Origin: Haliotis rubra
Lineage: Eukaryota
DNA: 64,000 nt
Direction: 5' to 3'
NCBI RefSeq assembly: GCF_003918875.1
Contig: NW_025767515.1
Location: 62,001 to 126,000, forward strand
The notes below the pieces were generated by a model. That model did no database searches, was not told the origin of the DNA, and worked only from the letters and a program-made list of their open reading frames with translations. Of this stretch, positions 1-12,600 are shown in pieces. The position numbers were made by a program, and so were the translations under genes. The stretch's first letter is position 1, and each line of letters begins with the position of its first letter.

Positions 1-290
1 CATAACAACAACATGTAACTGCATAACATAACTGCAACAACATAACTGTAACAACATAACTATAACTGCAACAACATAACTGTAACAACATAACTGTAAC
101 AACATAACTATAACTGCAACAACATAACTGTAACAACATAACTATAACTGCAACAACATAACTGTAACATAACTATAACTGCAACAACATAACTGTAACA
201 ACATAACTAACAACATAACTATAACTGTAGCAACATAACTGTAACAACATAATTATAACTGTAACAACATAACTGTAACAACATAACAGC
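1..290. repeat. Short-unit minisatellite (AACATAACTGTAAC variants)
   Basis: Visible tandem 14/20-bp variants. Confidence 0.9.
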
Positions 291-294
291 CATA

Positions 295-478
295 TGTAAA
301 TAATCTGTCTGGACCAGACAATCCAGTGATCAACATCATGAGCATTGATCTACGTAATCTGGATACAATGACATGTGTCAACCACGTCAGTGAGCCTGAC
401 CACCCGATCCCTCAAGTGGCCTCTTATGACAGGGATGGGTTGCTGAAGACATATTCTAACCTGTATCTTCACGGGTCT
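295..478 (-). mobile_element. SINE-like interspersed repeat, family B
   Basis: CTGGACCAGACAATCCAGTGATCAAC...GTCGCCTCTTA...CTTCACGGG, shared with copies at 26335, 30423 and 63012. Confidence 0.8.
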
Positions 479-551
479 CAGAGGAATGGATTGAAAGTAC
501 ATCATCATATCTGACTTTCATGTAGCACAAAGGTAACAGACAGATTCTTAC

Positions 552-601
552 CTCATTTGACCAGAAGTTGACATCAAGTAGTTTCTTGTGAGGTATCAGA
601 T
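552..601 (-). CDS. NBAS: NBAS exon 12
   Basis: DLIPHKKLLDVNFWSNE, GTAAG donor. Confidence 0.85.
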
Positions 602-3600
602 CTGTATCAGAGAGTACAGTTGTGAGCAGGGGGATCTAACATTGAACAGTTTTTCCATCAGATGTCAGATTATTGTCTGTGTCTCAGGGTTGACACATCC
701 ACAATGTTAATCATACTAATCTGACACAATGCCAATAACATTTGTTAAATGCTTCAGTGTCTTCACTAATACCTAATAAGGGACTTGGTACAGGAATATA
801 GCTAATTCTTACAATACATGGTTACATGACATTTGGTTTCCATGCCAGAGTAAACTAGTCTAGCCATGTCACTGTTCACACAGTCAGACATCCACCAATA
901 AGCATTCAGGACATGTGTTTAACATATTGATAGTCATGTGCAGAGAGATACAGCCATTAAAATGTGTCATACCTTTAATTCTTTTCCTCTTTTGAGGATT
1001 TTCAGCAAGTTTGGGGCAGACCTCATCATACCCAGGCTGCAATGAAATGTCAATATTCAATTCACAAAACCATCACAACACACAACTATTTCATTGTTCA
1101 CAAAGACATTCAATGTTCAGAAGTCAAATCAAGGTATTCATGACTGATATTCCTTTCATAAGTAGGACTGTTCCACATCCCCAGTATCTGACCTGGTCCT
1201 CCAGTGTCCAGGCGACCTTGTGGCGGAGAGATGGCAGGTGCCACACGGACAGCTTGCCCGACAGGTGCAGCGCAACCAGTGTGTCCCCCGCAGGCGACAC
1301 GCACATCTTGTACACGCCATCCTGGAAAGCAGAAACTGACACATCTCCATATCTGTTCATGTTAATCAGTGTTAAAAACAATGGGTATCTATGATCATAT
1401 TTGCTGTGATTTATAGTGCAGTGATTCATTCATTTTATCATTAGTGTTGTCGGACAAGTAACTGTTCTTTATGTTACAATGACTGCTACACAGTTAATGA
1501 GTTCGTTCGTCATCCACATCACTTGCTGTACTGCATCCAAGCCTGGATACAGGACACAGACAGACAATGTCTCACCACAAACCCTCCCTTCCAGGCGGAC
1601 AGTTGAGGCACACGCAGCATGCTCAGTATTGACATTCCCTTGTTGGCCTGAAATAAGTTGTCAAAATGGTAGCAATGAACAAAACCTGGACAGGTTAGCA
1701 ATATTCTATTCCACACACTGCAGACAAACGATAGGTTGATTCTTACAATCACAAGCTACTTTTAACAAAAGGGGCAAAGCTTATTTAAGGGGAGACTGTA
1801 TAAATAATTTTTCACAATTTGGATTAGACTGTTTAGCCAATTAAGCGTAACAAAGAGTAAACCGTCTCTACTTCACCTACACTCGCTGCTCGTACCTGTG
1901 TCATCCCTGTATCATAGTCCGTGATCAGTTTGTAATGAGGTATGTCTGACAGCAACCGCCACGCTGTGATTCCCTCACTGGTTGCCTCAGTTGCCGCTGA
2001 CGACGGCTCCCCGCCCTGGCCACACCCACCAACCAACAACATCTTATGTTCGGAGAGATAGACGGCTGAGCTGATGCCAAGAGGGTAATGTCCACTGAAG
2101 ACGAAGCTGTGGCGAGATTTATAGCCCTTGTCTCGGCTGACATAGTAGCTCTTCAGACGACCATGGTAGTTGATGACCAGTAGTTCTGCTGACCTGGAAG
2201 AGAACAGTATAGTCTACATGGACAGAGTTGTCTCCACCTGACATCTGGACACAGGATATAGGTAGTACCTGCAAACATCAAACTTTAACTAACGATCACT
2301 TGAAGCGATACCAGTGGGCATTCTGGGTAAGATTATAGGTCCCCAGAGTCACCACAGCCTATGATCAGGTGAGGAGTCTTGGCTTCCCTGTCCTCTATGC
2401 CTGTCTCACAAACTCCACACACCACCATCAAAACAGTGTGATAATGGTATTTTATCATCTGTGTCTAATGTTGGATATGTTACCATTTGTTGTCTGGGTG
2501 TTGGTGATCCGTGAAGATGAGGGCAGCCACGGCACAGCTCAGGTCATGGGGGGTGTTCTCTGTCGTTTCCTGTAAGGACATAGGCACCGATCATTTTACA
2601 GATGTTTCACTGCAGCATGTCCTTCATGATGGTTATTTAGATTACTCGGGATTAAACTTCATGCAACAGTCTCCTTCTAGTAAATGTGAGACATGGTTTT
2701 CACTCAATTTTATTGGAATGAACTACATTTCAAGATGAAATGAGGAATATTGTGCCAGATTGTTTCAGTTGATTCATCTTCATTGATTTAAATTATTCTA
2801 CTGTCTTTCCTAGTGAGTAAATAGAAAATTTGTCTCTAAAAATACTCCCTACAAAAGATATAAGGGTACACGTGAAGGTGTGTCTAGAGATTCTCACCCC
2901 AGGGATGGTGAAAAGCAGTGACCCCATGATATCAAACACATCAACGGCTCCACAGCTCCGCGAGCAGGCCAGCATGGTGTTGTCCGGGCTCCATACCACA
3001 CAGCGCCACTGGGGGCACGGGTCACGCTGGAAGGAGCCACGCCCCACTGTGGACTCATATCCATCTCGGTGTGATCTGACAACAGAGGTTGTTGTCATGA
3101 CTACTAATGAGGCTGAAACATTGTTTTGGACTCATCCTTTAAAGCATATTTTGTCACATTAACATCACATAAAGCTAACAATATCAGAGAGCTAAATCAG
3201 CGGATGGACGGATGGAGCCTAATACTATATCCCCAAAAAACGATACCAATACTAAAATCATTTTAGTTTCAGTTTTGATTCGCAAAAGACAATATTACTA
3301 ATGCATGTTCACATCATGAGAATAATCACTGAATGAAAACCACATGTACATTAGCCATGTCAAGTGTTCATCATTGTGTCATGTCACAGATTCATGTCAG
3401 TGTTTGGTCATCATGGTGTCATGTCAATGTTTGTCAGTGTCCATCATAGTGTCATGTCAATGTTTGTCAGTGTTCATCATAGTGTCATGTCAATGTTTGT
3501 CAGTGTTCATCATGGTGTCATGTCAGTGTCCATCATAGTGTCATGTCAATGTTTGTCAGTGTTCATCATGGTGTCATGTCAGTGTCCATCATAGTGTCAT

Positions 3601-6600
3601 GTCAATGTTTGTCAGTGTTCACCATGGTGTCATGTCAGTGTCCATCATAGTGTCATGTCAATGTTTGTCTGTGTTTATCATGGTGTCATGTCAATGTTGT
3701 CAGTGTTCACCATGGTGTCAATGTCAGTGTTCATCATGGTGTCATGTCAATGTTTGTCAGTGTTCATGGTGTCATGTCAATGTTTGTCAGTTCATCATGG
3801 TGTCATGTCAATGTGTGTCAGTGTTCATCATGGTGTCATGTCAATGTTTGTCAGTGTTCATCATGGTGTCATGCCAATTTTTGTTAGTGTTCATCTTTGT
3901 GTGACGACTTGAGCAAGTTGGTACATCCCAACCTACCTGATATCCACACACTGCTCCTGGAGGATGGCAACCACCTTTCCTTCCCTGGAACAGATATATT
4001 CAGGCAACACATGTAACAAGTGGAGATCAAGTGACACTCCCAGGTAAAAATATAATAAAGTAATAATATAGAGTGAGTCAACAAGTGAGTTTGGAGTCAG
4101 CTTGATATGACAGGAAAGTTTAAAGTGATGCCAACAAACATAATTAGAGTGAATTCTGGATTTGTCCCAAAGGTCACAACACTGCACAGCATAAAGCAAA
4201 GCCTTAAATGACTCGACTGCTCATGCCCACTGATAAACTACAAGCATGGGGGATGTGACTAAGGACACCAATACACTACAAACCAGCCTTTAGAAGAGAT
4301 ATCAAACAATTGTATACATAATAATTTACATCTTCAACAGTTGTTTTATCATTAACTTTGAACTTTATTTCACTGGTTAATGACTATAATATTTTTCATT
4401 TTTCTGACTCATAATTAGGTTCTGATGCAGATTGTTTCCAAACAGCATTCTTTATTGATTTAATGTAATTGTCGTTATTAAACGCTTGATTCTACATCTT
4501 GAAACTATCCCCAACCAAAGTTGCAAAAGGTCATGATGATCTGTATGTTTCCATGGTGACCTACCCTCCGACAGCAATGTGCCAGTTTATCTGACTGTTG
4601 ACTAGCTTCACCAAAGCTTCTGGCAACAAACATGGAGTGGCTGTCCTGGAAGAGGAAGATCATCAAATAGAACATATTTCCCACTTAAAATAGGATGGGA
4701 ATTCCCAGAAGTTTCATTCACTAATGTTAAGCCAATCTGATTTCTTCCTATTCTCCCTGACAACTCCTATATATGCTTGGTTGTTTCGTTCCTACCAAGC
4801 ACAATTGAAGTGTTCCTACCAAGCTCAATGAAAGTGTTCCAACCAAGCTCAATGAAAGTGTCCCAACCAAGCTCAATGAAAGTGTCCCAACCAAGCTCAA
4901 TGAAAGTGTTCCTACCGACCTCACTAAAAGTAGTCTTACCAAGCTCAATGAAAGTGTTCCTACCAACCTCACTAAAAGTGTTCCAACCAAGCTCAATGAA
5001 AGTGTTCCAACCAAGCTCAATGAAAGTGTTCCTACCAACTTCACTAAAAGTGTTCCAACCAAGCTCAATGAAAGTGGTCTTACCAAGCTCAATGAAAGTG
5101 TTCCAACCAAGCTCAATGAAAGTGTTCCTACCAACCTCACTAAAAGTGTTCCAACCAAGCTCAATGAAAGTGTTCCTACCGACCTCACTAAAAGTGTTCC
5201 TACCAACTTCACTAAAAGTGTCCCAACCAAGCTCAATGAAAGTGGTCTTACCAAGCTCAATGAAAGTGTTCCAACCAAGCTCAATGAAAGTGTTCCAACC
5301 AAGCTCAATGAAAGTGTTCCTACCAACCTCACTAAAAGTGTTCCAACCAAGCTCAATGAAAGTGTTCCTACCGACCTCACTAAAAGTGTTCCAACCAAGC
5401 TCAATGAAAGTGTCCCAACCAACCTCAGTAAAAGTGTTCCAACCAAGCTCAATGAAAGTGGTCTTACCAAGCTCAATGAAAGTGTTCCTACCAACCTCAG
5501 TAAAAGTGTTCCAACCAAGCTCAATGAAAGTGGTCTTACCAAGCTCAATGAAAGTGTTCCAACCAAGCTCAATGAAAGTGTTCCTACAAAGCTCAATGAA
5601 AGTGTTCCTACCAACCTCACTAAAAGTGTTCCAACCAAGCTCAATGAAAGTGGTCTTACCAAGCTCAATGAAAGTGTTCCAACCAAGCTCAATGAAAGTG
5701 TTCCAACCAAGCTCAATGAAAGTGGTCTTGCCAAGCACTATGAAAGTGTTCCTGCCAAGCTCAATGAAAGTGTTCCAACCAAGCTCAATGAAAGTGTTCC
5801 AACCAAGCTCAGTAAAAGTGTTCCAACCAAGCTCAATGAAAGTGTTCCTACCAACCTCAGTAAAAGTGGTGCTACCAACCTCAGTAAATGGTCCTACCAA
5901 CCTCAGTGAAAGTATTCCTACTAAGCTCAGTGAAAGTGTTCCTACTAAGCTCAGTGAAAGTGTTCTTGCCAACCTCAGTAAAAGTGTTGCTGCTATTAAG
6001 CACTTTGAAAGTGTTCCTGCCAAGCTCAATGAAAGTGTTTTTGCCAAGCTCAATGAAAGTGGTCTTACCAACCTCAGTAAAAGTGTTCCAACCAAGATCA
6101 ATCAAAGTGTTTTTGACAAGCTCAATGAAATTGTTCCTACCGACCTCAGTGAAAGTGTCCCAACCAAGCTCAATGAAAGTGTTCCTACCGACCTCAGTGA
6201 AAGTGGTCCTACCAAGCTCAATGAAAGTGGTCTTACCAAGCTCAATGAAAGTGTTCCTATCAACCTCACTAAAAGTGTTCCAACCAAGCTCAATGAAAGT
6301 GGTCTTACCAAGCTCAATGAAAGTGTTCCAACCAAGCTCAATGAAAGTGTCCCAACCAAGCTCAATGAAAGTGTTCCAACCAAGCTCGAAAGTGTTCCTA
6401 CCAACCTCAATGAAAGTGTTCCTACCAACCTCACTAAAAGTGTTCCAACCAAGCTCAATGAAAGTGGTCTTACCAAGCTCAATGAAAGTGTTCCAACCAA
6501 GCTCAATGAAAGTGTCCCAACCAAGCTCAATGAAAGTGGTCTTACCAAGCTCAATGAAAGTGTTCCAACCAAGCTCAATGAAAGTGTTCCTACCAACCTC

Positions 6601-9600
6601 ACTAAAAGTGTTCCAACCAAGCTCAATGAAAGTGTTCCTACCGACCTCACTAAAAGTGTTCCTACCAACTTCACTAAAAGTGTCCCAACCAAGCTCAATG
6701 AAAGTGGTCTTACCAAGCTCAATGAAAGTGTTCCAACCAAGCTCAATGAAAGTGTTCCAACCAAGCTCAATGAAAGTGTTCCTACCAACCTCACTAAAAG
6801 TGTTCCAACCAAGCTCAATGAAAGTGTTCCTACAGAGCCTCACTAAAAGTGTTCCAACCAAGCTCAATGAAAGTGTCCCAACCAACCTCAGTAAAAGTGT
6901 TCCAACCAAGCTCAATGAAAGTGGTCTTACCAAGCTCAATGAAAGTGTTCCTACCAACCTCAGTAAAAGTGTTCCAACCAAGCTCAATGAAAGTGGTCTT
7001 ACCAAGCTCAATGAAAGTGTTCCAACCAAGCTCAATGAAAGTGTTCCTACAAAGCTCAATGAAAGTGTTCCTACCAACCTCACTAAAAGTGTTCCAACCA
7101 AGCTCAATGAAAGTGGTCTTACCAAGCTCAATGAAAGTGTTCCAACCAAGCTCAATGAAAGTGTTCCAACCAAGCTCAATGAAAGTGGTCTTGCCAAGCA
7201 CTATGAAAGTGTTCCTGCCAAGCTCAATGAAAGTGTTCCAACCAAGCTCAATGAAAGTGTTCCAACCAACCTCAGTAAAAGTGTTCCAACCAAGCTCAAT
7301 GAAAGTGTTCCTACCAACCTCAGTAAAAGTGGTGCTACCAACCTCAGTAAATGGTCCTACCAACCTCAGTGAAAGTATTCCTACTAAGCTCAGTGAAAGT
7401 GTTCCTACTAAGCTCAGTGAAAGTGTTCTTGCCAACCTCAGTAAAAGTGTTGCTGCTATTAAGCACTTTGAAAGTGTTCCTGCCAAGCTCAATGAAAGTG
7501 TTTTGCCAAGCTCAATGAAAGTGGTCTTACCAACCTCAGTAAAAGTGTTCCAACCAAGATCAATCAAAGTGTTTTTTGACAAGCTCAATGAAATTGTTCC
7601 TACCGACCTCAGTGAAAGTGTCCCAACCAAGCTCAAGTAGAAGTGTTCCTACGACCTCAGTGAAAGTGGTCCTACCAAGCTCAATGAAAGTGGTCTTACC
7701 AAGCTCAATGAAAGTGTTCCTATCAACCTCACTAAAAGTGTTCCAACCAAGCTCAATGAAAGTGGTCTTACCAAGCTCAATGAAAGTGTTCAACCAAGCT
7801 CAATGAAAGTGTCCCAACCAAGCTCAATGAAAGTGTTCCAACCAAGCTGAAAGTGTTCCTACCAACCTCAATGAAAGTGTTCCTACCAACCTCACTAAAA
7901 GTGTTCCAACCAAGCTCAATGAAAGTGGTCTTACCAAGCTCAATGAAAGTGTTCCAACCAAGCTCAATGAAAGTGTCCCAGCCAAGCTCAATGAGAGTGT
8001 TCCAGCCAAGCTCGAGAAGTGTTCCTCTGAGACCTCAATGAAAGTGTTCCTACCAACCTCACTAAAAGTGTTCCAACCAAAGCTCAATGAAAGTGGTCTT
8101 ACCAAGCTCAATGAAAGTGTTCCAACCAAGCTCAATGAAAGTGTTCCTACCAAGCTCAATGAAAGTGTTCCTACCAACCTCACTAAAAGTGTTCCAACCA
8201 AGCTCAATGAAAGTGGTCTTTCCAAGCTCAATGAAAGTGTTCCAACCAAGCTCAATGAAAGTGTTCCAACCAAGCTCAATGAAAGTGGTCTTGCCAAGCA
8301 CTATGAAAGTGTTCCTGCCAACCTCAGTAAAAGTGTTCCAACCAAGATCAATCAAAGTGTTTTTGACAAGCTCAATGAAATTGTTCCTACCGACCTCAGT
8401 GAAAGTGGTCCTACCAAGCTCAATGAAAGTGTTCCTACCGACCTCAGTGAAAGTGGTCCTACCAAGCTCAATGAAAGTGTTCCTACCGACCTCAGTGAAA
8501 GTGTTCCAACCAAGCTCAATGAAAGTGGTCTTACCAAGCTCAATGAAAGTGTTCCTACCAACCTCACTAAAAGTGTTCCAACCAAGCTCAATGAAAGTGG
8601 TCTTACCAAGCTCAATGAAAGTGTTCCAACCAAGCTCAATGAAAGTGTCCCAACCAAGCTCAATGAAAGTGTTCCAACCAAGCTCGAAAGTGTTCCTACC
8701 AAGCTCAATGAAAGTGTTCCTACCAACCTCACTAAAAGTGTTCCAACCAAGCTCAATGAAAGTGGTCTTACCAAGCTCAATGAAAGTGTTCCAACCAAGC
8801 TCAATGAAAGTGTTCCTACCAAGCTCAATGAAAGTGTTTCTACCAACCTCACTAAAAGTGTTCCAACCAAGCTCAATGAAAGTGGTCTTTCCAAGCTCAA
8901 TGAAAGTGTTCCAACCAAGCTCAATGAAAGTGTTCCAACCAAGCTCAATGAAAGTGGTCTTGCCAAGCACTATGAAAGTGTTCCTGCCAAGCTCAATGAA
9001 AGTGTTCCAACCAAGCTCAATGAAAGTGTTCCAACCAACCTCAGTAAAAGTGTTCCAACCAAGCTCAATGAAAGTGTTCCTACCAACCTCAGTAAAAGTG
9101 GTGCTACCAACCTCAGTAAGTGGTCCTACCAACCTCAGTGAAAGTATTCCTACTAAGCTCAGTGAAAGTGTTCTTGCCAACCTCAGTAAAAGTGTTGCTG
9201 CTATTAAGCACTATGAAAGTATTCCTGCCAAGCTCAATGAAAGTGTTTTTGCCAAGCTCAATGAAAGTGGTCTTACCAACCTCAGTAAAAGTGTTCCAAC
9301 CAAGATCAATCAAAGTGTTTTTGCCAAGTTCAATGAAAGTGTTCCTACCGACCTCAGTGAAAGTGGTCCTACCAAGCTCAATGAAAGTGTTCCTATCGAC
9401 CTCAGTGAAAGTGGTCCTACCAAGCTCAATGAAAGTGTTCCTACCGACCTCAGTGAAAGTGTTCCTGCCAAGTTCCATGAAAGTGTTCCTACTAAACTTA
9501 ATGAAAGTGTTCATGCCAAGCTCAATGAAAGTTCTTGCCAAGCTCAATGAAAGTGTTCCTACCGACCTCAGTGAAAGTGTTCCTGCCAAGTTCCATGAAA

Positions 9601-12600
9601 GTGTTCCTACTAAACTTAATGAAAGTGGTCCTACCAAGCTCAATGAAAGTGTTCCTACCGACCTCAGTGAAAGTGTTCCAACCAAGCTCAATGAAAGTGG
9701 TCTTACCAAGCTCAATGAAAGTGTTCCTACCAACCTCACTAAAAGTGTTCCAACCAAGCTCAATGAAAGTGGTCTTACCAAGCTCAATGAAAGTGTTCCA
9801 ACCAAGCTCAATGAAAGTGTCCCAACCAAGCTCAATGAAAGTGTTCCAACCAAGCTCAATGAAAGTGTTCCAACCAAGCTCAATGAAAGTGGTCTTACCA
9901 AGCACTATGAAAGTGTTCCTGCTAAGCTCAATGAAAGTGTTCCAACCAAGCTCAATGAAAGTGTTCCAACCAACCTCAGTAAAAGTGTTCCAACCAAGCT
10001 CAATGAAAGTGTTCCTACCAACCTCAGTAAAAGTGGTGCTACCAACCTCAGTAAGTGGTCCTACCAACCTCAGTGAAAGTATTCCTACTAAGCTCAGTGA
10101 AAGTGTTCTTGCCAACCTCAGTAAAAGTGTTGCTGCTATTAAGCACTATGAAAGTGTTCCAACCAAGCTCAATGAAAGTGTTCCAACCAAGCTCAATGAA
10201 AGTGTTTCTACCAACCTCACTAAAAGTGTTCCAACCAAGCTCAATGAAAGTGGTCTTTCCAAGCTCAATGAAAGTGTTCCAACCAAGCTCAATGAAAGTG
10301 TTCCAACCAAGCTCAATGAAAGTGGTCTTACCAAGCACTATGAAAGTATTCCTGCCAAGCTCAATGAAAGTGTTCCAACCAAGCTCAATGAAAGTGTTTT
10401 TGCCAAGCTCAATGAAAGTGGTCTTACCAACCTCAGTAAAAGTGTTCCAACCAAGATCAATCAAAGTGTTTTTGACAAGCTCAATGAAATTGTTCCTACC
10501 GACCTCAGTGAAAGTGGTCCTACCAAGCTCAATGAAAGTGTTCCTACCGACCTCAGTGAAAGTGGTCCTACCAAGCTCAATGAAAGTGTTCCTACCTACC
10601 TCAGTGAAAGTGTTCCTGCCAAGCTCAATGAAAGTGTTTTTGCCAAGCTCAATGAAAGTGGTCTTACCAACCTCAGTAAAAGTGTTCCAACCAAGATCAA
10701 TCAAAGTGTTTTTGACAAGCTCAATGAAATTGTTCCTACCGACCTCAGTGAAAGCGGTCCTACCAAGCTCAATGAAAGTGTTCCTACCAACCTCAGTGAA
10801 AGTGGTCCTACCAAGCTCAATGAAAGTGTTCCTACCGACCTCAGTGAAAGTGTTCCTACCAAGCTCAATGAAAGTGTTCCTACTAAGCTCAATGAAAGTG
10901 TTCATGCCAAGCTCAATGAAAGTTCTTGCCAAGCTCAATGAAAGTGTTCCTACCGACCTCAGTGAAAGTGTTCCTGCCAAGTTCCATGAAAGTGTTCCTA
11001 CTAAACTTAATGAAAGTGTTCCTGCCAAGCTCAATGAAAGTGTTATTGCCAACCTCAGTAAAAGTGTTCCTACCAACCTCAGTAAAAGTGTTCCTACCAA
11101 CCTCAGTGAAAGTGATCCAACCAAGCTCAGTGAGAGTATTTTTGCCAAGCTCAATGAAAGTGTCCCTACCAACCTCAATTAAAGTTTTCATATTTTTCAA
11201 AGTTTACAATATGATGCAAAAACTAGAAACTCAAAACCAAACTTTGCAAAGCCCCATTCTTTAGACAAAGAGGCCTTTTCCAAACTTCAAAACATTAATT
11301 TGAAAAAGTTATTAATTGAACAAACATTTCTAAGTTCATATTTGTAAATTGCTGTAATTCTTGAAAACAATATAATATCAAAATACACCTCTACCAGTAG
11401 ACAAAGAAGGTGGTCCCCAAATGTGAAAACAATCCAAACAAGAGTTTTCCAGTTATTAGTTGAACAAAAATGTCTTTGGACAGACAGATGGACAGGTGGA
11501 ATTTAGTTGGTATAACCTTTCTAGGTTTGGGGGTAAAAACAATCAAACTGTTGACCAGGTACTTAAACTGCTTTCAGACACTGAGTTCAACTATCAGTGT
11601 CCAGGAGAAATGTTTATAATATTCCATAATATCATGTCCACTCCAGTATACAGAGGTCCCACATAAAGTATGTCCTCAAGACACAGTTTTCTGTTTGGTA
11701 TGAGGCAGAAGAAGTTTCTGCTGCAGACTGCCAGATTAATTTGGGCATTATGCCAATTTGTTTTTGTTGATTCTACATCAACAGATGAGGAATGTAAAAA
11801 TAGAAACTCCTGTAGCTGCATGTAACCCAGTATCTGGTTACCATGGCAAATGGCTACACTTGTGGTTTTGTTATACCCGGTAGATACAGAGTATAGATAG
11901 CTCCCCGTACACCATGTTGTACAAAGTGAATCATAATGCTTGGATAACCCTTATAACCCATGTACCATCATTTCAGTCGAACCAATCTTTACTATCACAC
12001 TTTCAAGGGATATTTGGATCTATCCATCATACACAAAACTGATTCCCATAACATGTATCATGAAGATCTGTATAGGCTGACAGTTCTGATTGTCATCATC
12101 AAAAGTCGTGTAGAATATAGTTAGAATGTAACAGAATCTGTCTTCCATTATCATAATTATTTGCAGGCGTTTCCTTCCACCTCATGTCATTACATATATC
12201 ACATTGATGACGTTATAAAAAATATAACTTCCACTGATAAAGTGACCATAGAAAGTCAATTATACCATACAAACAACTGTGAAGATAGGTGTACATGAAT
12301 CATACTTAGAGATACTTTCATCGCTGTTAACAGCGACTTATGCTTCATATTACAATGACTACAGTATTATACATGCACATAACCATGACAACAGTAACAA
12401 TGTGTCATAAACATGATATATGTAGATATAGAATGTACAGCATAATAAATACTATAACAACTTACTGCAAAGGAACCCCAACAGTCCGTAGAAACGTCCA
12501 CACAGATCCTAGAAAACATGCAAAATAGAGCCACTGAGTAATACAAAAAAAAATATACACAGACAATACTATTAATGGCCATAAATATACAATACATAAG

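Noticed and set aside
4748-11264. Many 200-690 aa ORFs on both strands
   Set aside because: All are translations of the 24-bp satellite, which lacks stops in four frames; they lie within an NBAS intron and are not called as genes.
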